Positions 57,481 through 64,000 of a DNA stretch of 64,000 nucleotides are shown here, piece after piece. A program made the translations under genes and the position numbers. Position 1 is the stretch's first letter, and each line of letters starts with the position of its first letter. Under the pieces are notes generated by a model. The model was not told the origin of the DNA. It made no database searches and saw nothing but the letters and a program-made list of their open reading frames with translations. Source of the stretch: an uncultured delta proteobacterium (GTDB lineage Bacteria; Myxococcota_A; Polyangia; Polyangiales; Houyiibacteriaceae); contig CAVOVB010000001.1 in the NCBI GenBank assembly GCA_963699755.1, positions 1,696,001 through 1,760,000 on the forward strand. Reading direction: 5' to 3'.

Positions 57481-58869
57481 TTAGCGGCTCGGCCCGACGA
57501 AGGGCGCCCCGACGACACGGCTGCCCTTGCCGTCGTCCCGCCCCTCCATGGAGATCGTGAGCTTCAGCGCGAGACCAGGGCGCATCTGGTCTTGCGGCAG
57601 GATGGCTAGAATCGGCAAGTAGGTGCTGCCAAGCGATTCGAGCTCGATGCGCTTCTGAGGAATGATGTATTCGATGGCGCTTTCGGACTCTGGCTCGATG
57701 ATGAAGGTCTGCTTGTCGCCGGTCTTGTTGACGAGATGCACCCGCAGGGAGTTCCGCACCTTTCCGTCGACCACCATGAATGGTGCCCCCTCGAGGCGCA
57801 GCACGTTGGCTTCGAACGCGGCGCTTTGCGAAAATGCGAGCGTGGCGCCGAGCAGCCAAAGCGTGACGATCCCCCCATAGAAAAACAGGCGAGGCCGCCC
57901 GAAGTGCTTGGGCTTGCCCTCCAGGCCATTGAGCGAGTCGTAGCGAACCAGACCCTCCGGTCGGCCGACTTTGGTCATGATTTCGTCGCAGGCATCGACG
58001 CAAGCAGCACAACCGACGCACTCCATCTGCAGCCCGTTGCGGATGTCGATGCCGGTCGGGCAGACGACCACGCAGCGTTTGCAGTCGACGCAGTCGCCGT
58101 TGCTCGGATCGCTGGCCTTGCCCCTAGGTTCGCCTCGGTTGAAGTCGTAGCCGATGACCATCGTGTCCTGATCGGTCATTGCCGACTGCAGACGGCCGTA
58201 GGGACAAATGATTAGACACAACTGCTCACGGAACCAACTGAAGTTGAAGTAGAGGATCGCCGACATCACAATCACCCAGGTAAATGCGGTCGGATGCTCG
58301 GCGGGGCTCCTCTGAACCATTTCGACCAGCGACGGAAGCGAGACAAAGTAGCTGATGAACACGTGCGAGAGCAAAAGTGCGAGCACGATGTACACGCCAT
58401 GCTTGAGCAACTTGCGCCAAACTTTGTCGAAGCTGAGCCCAGCCGCGTTGCGCCGCATCCGTTGGGCCCTCGGCCCTTCGATTAGACGCTCGACACGTCG
58501 AAATACGCCTTCGAGGAAGACGGTGTGTGGGCAGGCGTAGCCACACCACAAGCGCCCTTTGATCGCGGTGACGATCAGCAGGCTTAGCCCAACGCCGCTC
58601 AGCAAGAAGAACACGAGCCAGAAGTCCTGCGCGTTGAACACGGCACCGAACAAGTAGAAACGCCGGTTCACGATGTCTAGGAAGACCGCCGGGTGCCCTC
58701 CGATCTTGATGAAGGGCAACAGGACGTAGATCGCGATCAGGAGGGTGAAGATCGTGTATCGGAGGCGCGTGAATCGGCCCTTCACATCGGCTGGATGCAC
58801 GTAGTTGCGACTGCCGTCGGAACGCAGTGAGCTGGCATGTTCTTCAACGACGGGCAGCTTTGAAGTCAT
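57481..58869 (-). CDS. ccoG: cbb3 oxidase accessory protein CcoG/FixG
   Basis: GRLWCGYACPHTVF, FREQLCLIICPYGRLQS, CVDCKRCVVVCPTGIDIR, ECVGCAACVDAC. Confidence 0.96.
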   Translation of the reverse strand: MTSKLPVVEEHASSLRSDGSRNYVHPADVKGRFTRLRYTIFTLLIAIYVLLPFIKIGGHPAVFLDIVNRRFYLFGAVFNAQDFWLVFFLLSGVGLSLLIVTAIKGRLWCGYACPHTVFLEGVFRRVERLIEGPRAQRMRRNAAGLSFDKVWRKLLKHGVYIVLALLLSHVFISYFVSLPSLVEMVQRSPAEHPTAFTWVIVMSAILYFNFSWFREQLCLIICPYGRLQSAMTDQDTMVIGYDFNRGEPRGKASDPSNGDCVDCKRCVVVCPTGIDIRNGLQMECVGCAACVDACDEIMTKVGRPEGLVRYDSLNGLEGKPKHFGRPRLFFYGGIVTLWLLGATLAFSQSAAFEANVLRLEGAPFMVVDGKVRNSLRVHLVNKTGDKQTFIIEPESESAIEYIIPQKRIELESLGSTYLPILAILPQDQMRPGLALKLTISMEGRDDGKGSRVVGAPFVGPSR

Positions 58870-58913
58870 CGTGTGCTGTCTTTAGGGTTTGAAGCCCATC
58901 CGGCAAGGCTGGC

Positions 58914-59486
58914 TCAGGGTTCCCAGACCTTCGCGTTCTCTTCGACCGGCTTGCCGCCCTCGACCTTCGTGTTCCGCAGGGTCAGCACATAGGCGACCAC
59001 TTGGTTCACGCCTTGCTCGCCGAGGATTGGTGCCCACGGGGGCATTCCCTTCTCTGCGATGCCGTTGGTGACGATCGCGTGAATGTCGGTCGGCGCTCCT
59101 CCGTGCACCCAATACTCGTCGGTGAGGTTGGAGCCGAGGCCAAGGCGTCCCTGAGCTTGTGTATCGTGGCACGCGACGCATTGCGCCATGAAGGTGGTCT
59201 TACCGGCAGCCACCGCGCTTGCGTCGAGGGAGAGTGCGTCGAGAGAGTCGTCGGTGACGATGCTGCGCTCCGCTTCTGCCGCGGCGACCGCCTCGGCATA
59301 GATCTCGGGCTGCAGCTTCCCAATGTCATAGACGTGATAGTTGAACCAGTAGACCAGCCCGAAGGCGACCGCTCCATAGAAGGTGAGCAGCCACCAGATG
59401 GGCAGGTTGTTGTCGGCTTCCTCGATGCCGTCATAGACGTGCAGGATCTCACCTTGGATTTCGTCGGTTCGTCTTTCATCACTCAT
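58914..59486 (-). CDS. ccoP: cbb3 oxidase subunit III (mono-haem CcoP)
   Basis: HVYDGIEEADNNLPIWW (FixP N-terminus), CVACH, NLTDEYWVHGG, GMPPW. Confidence 0.92.
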   Translation of the reverse strand: MSDERRTDEIQGEILHVYDGIEEADNNLPIWWLLTFYGAVAFGLVYWFNYHVYDIGKLQPEIYAEAVAAAEAERSIVTDDSLDALSLDASAVAAGKTTFMAQCVACHDTQAQGRLGLGSNLTDEYWVHGGAPTDIHAIVTNGIAEKGMPPWAPILGEQGVNQVVAYVLTLRNTKVEGGKPVEENAKVWEP

Positions 59487-59664
59487 GGGGTACCTCCGAC
59501 TCCTCTTCGAGCGGAATGCGTGCGTATTCGTCCACCTCGGATGTCTTCATCCGCATCACGCGAACGATGACGATGAGAAACACGATGAAGAACAAACCCA
59601 GTGCGAGCAGCGGATAGAGCAGCACGGGGCTCTGTTCGAAAAACTCGGAAGCGAATCGGCTCAT
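59479..59664 (-). CDS. ccoQ: cbb3 oxidase small subunit CcoQ-like
   Basis: Single TM plus ARIPLEE; located between ccoO and ccoP. Confidence 0.8.
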   Translation of the reverse strand: MSRFASEFFEQSPVLLYPLLALGLFFIVFLIVIVRVMRMKTSEVDEYARIPLEEESEVPHE

Positions 59665-62006
59665 GGCGCCACCTCCGTCGTTTCGACCCGGGCGAGCGAC
59701 TCGGCTTCGGGGATCCGCCCCAGCCGCTGCAGGTAGGAGATCAGCGCCACCAAGCGGCTGTTGACCAGGAGCTCGCAGCCTTCGGCAGGGGCGTCACAAA
59801 CCTTGACGCCTTCGTCCGTCGCCAGACCAGCCGCGATTGCTGCCGCTGCAGTCTGCGCGTTTTGCTCGGCCATTTGAATCTGCTCGGCCTTGTACGGAAC
59901 GCCGATGTTCCGCATGGCCCGCAGCTTCACCTCCGTGCCCGCGAAGTCGATCGTTTCCTTCGCGAGATGCGCGTAGGGCGGCATGTTCGAGCCGATCGAG
60001 ATCTCGCGCGGGTTGATCATGTGCTTGTAGTGCCAGACGTCGTTGTACTTGCCACCGACGCGCGCCAGGTCCGGACCGATGCGGCGGGAGCCCCACTGGA
60101 ACGGGTGGTCGAAGATCGAGTCGTCCATCGTGGAGACCGCACCGTACCGAGCTGTCTCCCAGGTGAAGGGGCGAATCATCTGCGAGTGGCAGGTGTAGCA
60201 ACCTTCTCGAATGAAGACATCGCGGCCTTCGAGCTCTAGCGGCGTGTAGGGCACGTTCTTCGTGGTGCGGATCGTCTCGGGCACGGAAATGACCATCGGG
60301 ATGATCTCGGCAACGCCGCCAACCAATACACCGATGACGACCAGAACGGTGAAGACCCCGGCACGCCCTTCGATGGCGTGGTGCCAGGAAAGCTTCTCGT
60401 CATTGCGATTGCGCATCGACACCGCAATCGCTGCAACGCCCCACATGACCGCGGCGATCGCAAGGATCGTACTGATCAAGCCGTCGAAGAAGGCCGTCCC
60501 AAAGAGCAAGGCCATGATGATGATCGACGCGATGACCGGCTGACCGAAGACGAGCTTGGGCCACGGGATCGCGCGCTCCCGAGGCTCGGTGACCACGGCA
60601 ACTTCGACCTCGCCGTCCACGGGGGCGCCGCTCCTGGCGGTCGCGATGAGGTTCCAGGCCATCAGAAGAATGCCGGAGAAGTACAGGAGCCCGGAGATGA
60701 GCCGCGCCCAGTACATCGGCCGAATCGCCAGGTAGGTTTCCACGAAGTTCGGGTAGAGAAGCCCGCCGGTCTCGCTAACCGCGCGCCACATCAGGCCCTG
60801 CGTGATGCCGGCAACCCACATCGAAATGGCGTAGATGAGGATGCCCACGGTCGCGATCCAGAAATGGAAGTTCGCGGCCGAAACAGAGCGAAGCTTCGTG
60901 CCGTAGAGCCTCGGAACGAGCCAGTAGAACATGCCGGCGGCCATCAGGCCGTTCCAGCCCAAGGCGCCGCTGTGGACGTGACCGATGATCCAGTCGGTGT
61001 AGTGGGCGAGGCCGCTGATGCTCTTGATGCTGAGGAGCGGGCCTTCGAAGGTGCTCATGCCGTAGAAGGTCACGCCGGCGGCGAGGAACTTCAGCACAGG
61101 GTCGGTGCGGAGCTTGTCCCAGGCGCCCCGAAGCGTGAGTAGGCCGTTCAGCATGCCGCCCCAGCTCGGCGCCCAAAGCATCAAGCTGAAGACCATGCCC
61201 AGGCTCTGCGCCCAGTCGGGTAGGGCGGTGTACAGCAAGTGGTGAGGGCCGGCCCAAATGTAGAGGAAGACGAGGCCCCAGAAGTGGACGATCGAGAGTC
61301 GGTACGAGAAGACCGGCCGTTCGGCAGCCTTCGGGAGGAAGTAGTACATGATGCCGAGAATCGGCGTCGTGAGGAAGAATGCGACGGCGTTGTGGCCGTA
61401 CCACCACTGCACGAGCGCATCCTGCACGCCGGCGAACACCGAGTAGCTCTTGAACATGCTAACCGGGATTTCGAAGCTGTTCACGATGTGCAGAACCGCG
61501 ACCGTGATGATCGTCGCGATGTAGAACCAGATCGCAACGTACAAATGCTTCTCGCGTCGATTGGCAAGCGTCCAGAAGAAGTTCACCGCGAAGACGACCC
61601 AAATCAGGGCGATCGCGATGTCGATCGGCCATTCGAGCTCGGCGTATTCCTTCGCTGCGGTGATGCCGAGCGGGAGGGTGATCGCCGCGGCGACGATGAT
61701 CAGCTGCCAGCCCCAGAAGTGGACCGACGACAAGATGTCGGACGCGAGTCGTGCCTTCGCCAATCGCTGCGTCGAGTAATAGATGCCCGCGAAGAGCATG
61801 TTGCCCACGAACGCGAAGATGACCGCGTTGGTGTGCAAGGGCCTCAGACGACCGAACGACAAATACGGCGGCAGGTTGGCCGGCCACCAGGCCAACTGCA
61901 GTGCGATGATGATCCCCACCAGCATGCCGACGATGCCAAACAGCACCGAGGCCCATAAGAACTGGCGGACGACCTTGTCGTTATAAACGATCCGCTGGGT
62001 TTCCAT
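59661..62006 (-). CDS. ccoN: Fused cbb3 oxidase subunits I and II (CcoN-CcoO)
   Basis: [30 protein letters not shown]; then [44 protein letters not shown] in one ORF. Confidence 0.97.
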   Translation of the reverse strand: METQRIVYNDKVVRQFLWASVLFGIVGMLVGIIIALQLAWWPANLPPYLSFGRLRPLHTNAVIFAFVGNMLFAGIYYSTQRLAKARLASDILSSVHFWGWQLIIVAAAITLPLGITAAKEYAELEWPIDIAIALIWVVFAVNFFWTLANRREKHLYVAIWFYIATIITVAVLHIVNSFEIPVSMFKSYSVFAGVQDALVQWWYGHNAVAFFLTTPILGIMYYFLPKAAERPVFSYRLSIVHFWGLVFLYIWAGPHHLLYTALPDWAQSLGMVFSLMLWAPSWGGMLNGLLTLRGAWDKLRTDPVLKFLAAGVTFYGMSTFEGPLLSIKSISGLAHYTDWIIGHVHSGALGWNGLMAAGMFYWLVPRLYGTKLRSVSAANFHFWIATVGILIYAISMWVAGITQGLMWRAVSETGGLLYPNFVETYLAIRPMYWARLISGLLYFSGILLMAWNLIATARSGAPVDGEVEVAVVTEPRERAIPWPKLVFGQPVIASIIIMALLFGTAFFDGLISTILAIAAVMWGVAAIAVSMRNRNDEKLSWHHAIEGRAGVFTVLVVIGVLVGGVAEIIPMVISVPETIRTTKNVPYTPLELEGRDVFIREGCYTCHSQMIRPFTWETARYGAVSTMDDSIFDHPFQWGSRRIGPDLARVGGKYNDVWHYKHMINPREISIGSNMPPYAHLAKETIDFAGTEVKLRAMRNIGVPYKAEQIQMAEQNAQTAAAAIAAGLATDEGVKVCDAPAEGCELLVNSRLVALISYLQRLGRIPEAESLARVETTEVAP

Positions 62007-62181
62007 ACTCGTCCTCTTCCCTCTCCGTCGTTGGGGTCACGGGCTTTTCATCGTCAAGCGGGAGCAAAGCAAGGCGATCGGCTTGATCAAACGTTCCTTG
62101 CCGCACGGTCCACGCGAAGAACGCCACAGCGACGCCAACCAAAATCACGCTAATGAAAATCAGTAAGATCAAGACCTCCAT
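61981..62181 (-). CDS. ccoS: cbb3 assembly protein CcoS/FixS
   Basis: [15 protein letters not shown]...[11 protein letters not shown]...LLPLDD. Confidence 0.85.
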   Translation of the reverse strand: MEVLILLIFISVILVGVAVAFFAWTVRQGTFDQADRLALLPLDDEKPVTPTTEREEDEYGNPADRL

Positions 62182-64000
62182 CGGAGCCTTTCTCGGGACA
62201 GCATCATCACCGTGTACGCGAGGGTGATGAGCGAGCTGAGCGGCATTAGCACAGCTGCAACCCAAGGCCGCATCAAACCTGCCAATGCAAGGGATACAGC
62301 GACCAAATTGTAAGCAATTGCAAAAGCAAGGATACGACGCACGACGTGCGCGAGCGTATCGGACGCGCGCAGAACTTGCGCCACAGGGTGCAAGCCCGGA
62401 GACACGAAATAGAAATCACATCGTGAGGCCATGAACGGTCGATTGACTGCAGGTGTGCCCGAGCAGGCCGCCGCTCGCATGGCGATCTGGTCGTTCAAAC
62501 CGTCGCCTACCAGCAAAGTTCGTGCCGGTTCGTGCGCCCGCACGTACGCTGCCTTTTGCTCTGGATCTTGACCCCCGATGCAGAGCTGCTCATCCATCCC
62601 CAGGCTCACGCCGAGGTTGACGACGCGAGCCGGCGAATCGCCGCTGAGAATGACCAGCTCGTAGCCAGCGGCTTCGAGCCGTTCGATCTCGGCCCGTGCG
62701 CCCGGGCGCAGCTGCTCGTCGGTGTGTAGCGCGACCCGAACTTTCCCATCGATCGCGAAAACGACGTCGCCCCCGTCTTCAGAAACATGGGCGGCCCAGC
62801 GGGGCGACCCCAGTTTCAGTGCTCGGCCGTCGTGCTCGGCGCTCGTGCCGTAACCGCTCTCTTCTCGTGTATCGAGCTCGATGAAACGGGCGGCCGGGTG
62901 CCCTTCTAACGCTCGCCGAACCGCGACGCTTTTCGGATGCGCGCTTCGGGCCGCGATGCTGTAGAGCAGAGTGATGTCTTCATCGGAGAGCGATTCAAGC
63001 GCGGCTGGGTTGGCGACTTCGAGCATGCCGGTCGTGAGTGTGCCGGTCTTGTCGAACACGATTCGTGTCATCGAGCGAACGCGATCGAGGAAGTCACCGA
63101 CGCGCACGAACACGCCGGCGCGGCGCAACTGTGTGAGCACGAGCTCATAGGCGAGCGGTGCGGCGATACCAAACGCGCAGGGGCAGGTCACGACCAAGAC
63201 CGCCGTGCCCACCTCGATCGCGAAAAGCGGCTCTCCAGTTCGCCACCACCAGTAGCCGATGCCCGCAGCTGCAAGCCCGACGACGCCGATGACGTAGAAG
63301 CGGGAGAGCCGTGACCACCAGCGTGTGGCCAAGGGCCCATCGCCCCGGGCGGCGGGGTCGCGTCCCAGCAATCCCACCAAGGACGACGCGGCGAAGTCGG
63401 TGGAGGCAATGCCGGAAAAAGCCCGATCACCCAGGTTGAAGGCACCTGCGGGCACGGTTTGTCCTTGGTCGAACCGTCGCGGCCGGCTTTCACCGTCGAT
63501 CCAGTCGAGGGAGCAACTCGCCGCACGGTCGAGCACCAGGAGGTCTACCGGAACCAGATCGCCGGGCGCGATGAGCAAGCGGTCTCCATCGCGGATGCCG
63601 ATGCAATGCACGATGCGAACGACGCCATCTTTGATCTCGCGCGTCAGCAAGCTTTGGGTCCCATCGTCGGCGAGGAGTTGCGCACGATTGCGCTCCAGCA
63701 TTCGCTGTTGAAGCCAGCGTCCAACGAGCATGAGCGCAACGAAGACGGTGAGCGTGTCGATGTAAGCCGCGTGCCCAGAGGCAAAGAAGAACGAATAGGT
63801 CGAGCCGGCAAAGGCGAGCGCGATCCCGAGGGCGATCGGCACGTCGAGGTGTAGCACGCGACTGCGAACGGCGCGGAATGCAGAACCGATGAACACCGAA
63901 CCGCCCACGAGAACCGCAAGGACGCCAGCGGCATAGCTCAACTGGTTGAGCAGCACGTAGACCGGACCTTCGCGGAGGCCCAGATACATCGCAGCGCCGA
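62169..64000 (-). CDS. ccoI: Cu-transporting P1B-type ATPase CcoI/FixI, 5' end outside the window
   Basis: PGDLVPVD, LVVTCPCAFG, FDKTGTLT, HP, GDGLND, YNL, LMPLSS; immediately upstream of ccoS. Confidence 0.92.
   Translation of the reverse strand, partial: GAAMYLGLREGPVYVLLNQLSYAAGVLAVLVGGSVFIGSAFRAVRSRVLHLDVPIALGIALAFAGSTYSFFFASGHAAYIDTLTVFVALMLVGRWLQQRMLERNRAQLLADDGTQSLLTREIKDGVVRIVHCIGIRDGDRLLIAPGDLVPVDLLVLDRAASCSLDWIDGESRPRRFDQGQTVPAGAFNLGDRAFSGIASTDFAASSLVGLLGRDPAARGDGPLATRWWSRLSRFYVIGVVGLAAAGIGYWWWRTGEPLFAIEVGTAVLVVTCPCAFGIAAPLAYELVLTQLRRAGVFVRVGDFLDRVRSMTRIVFDKTGTLTTGMLEVANPAALESLSDEDITLLYSIAARSAHPKSVAVRRALEGHPAARFIELDTREESGYGTSAEHDGRALKLGSPRWAAHVSEDGGDVVFAIDGKVRVALHTDEQLRPGARAEIERLEAAGYELVILSGDSPARVVNLGVSLGMDEQLCIGGQDPEQKAAYVRAHEPARTLLVGDGLNDQIAMRAAACSGTPAVNRPFMASRCDFYFVSPGLHPVAQVLRASDTLAHVVRRILAFAIAYNLVAVSLALAGLMRPWVAAVLMPLSSLITLAYTVMMLSRERLRWRS

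Overview
GC-rich bacterial chromosome segment with no rRNA, tRNA, CRISPR array or transposase seen. A Myxococcota origin is inferred from a Cys-rich FG-GAP lipoprotein, a Ser/Thr kinase, a globin-coupled kinase and a fused ccoNO. The left half (1-33.7 kb) is mostly housekeeping: ABC ATPase, a DUF58-transglutaminase-MoxR-TPR operon, bolA-grxD-kinase, fabD, hppA-pgi-ppgK, ppnP, nth, sahR-ahcY and an integrin-like lipoprotein. It also holds a ~130-bp G-quadruplex/mini-hairpin repeat present twice in inverted orientation. The right half (33.7-64 kb) is a coherent ~30-kb oxygen-limitation/dormancy island. It encodes a protoglobin-coupled histidine kinase convergent with a sigma54 enhancer-binding regulator, five USPs, two CBS proteins, WS/DGAT, an Rv2004c-like kinase, DUF5335, a baeRF12/host-attachment protein, a glycogen operon ending in a GT3 synthase-GT35 phosphorylase fusion, a CoA-transferase, a di-haem cytochrome, a hemerythrin and the cbb3 oxidase cluster. 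Most island transcription units carry a readable sigma54 -24/-12 promoter, and five intergenic regions carry CGCA-N5-TGCG boxes with a full or partial partner 29-30 bp away, so the regulon can be read from the DNA. It resembles the Myxococcus NmpU/NmpR system, with cargo paralleling the mycobacterial DosR regulon. Four single-base frameshifts between 40.4 and 48.8 kb are probably sequencing errors.
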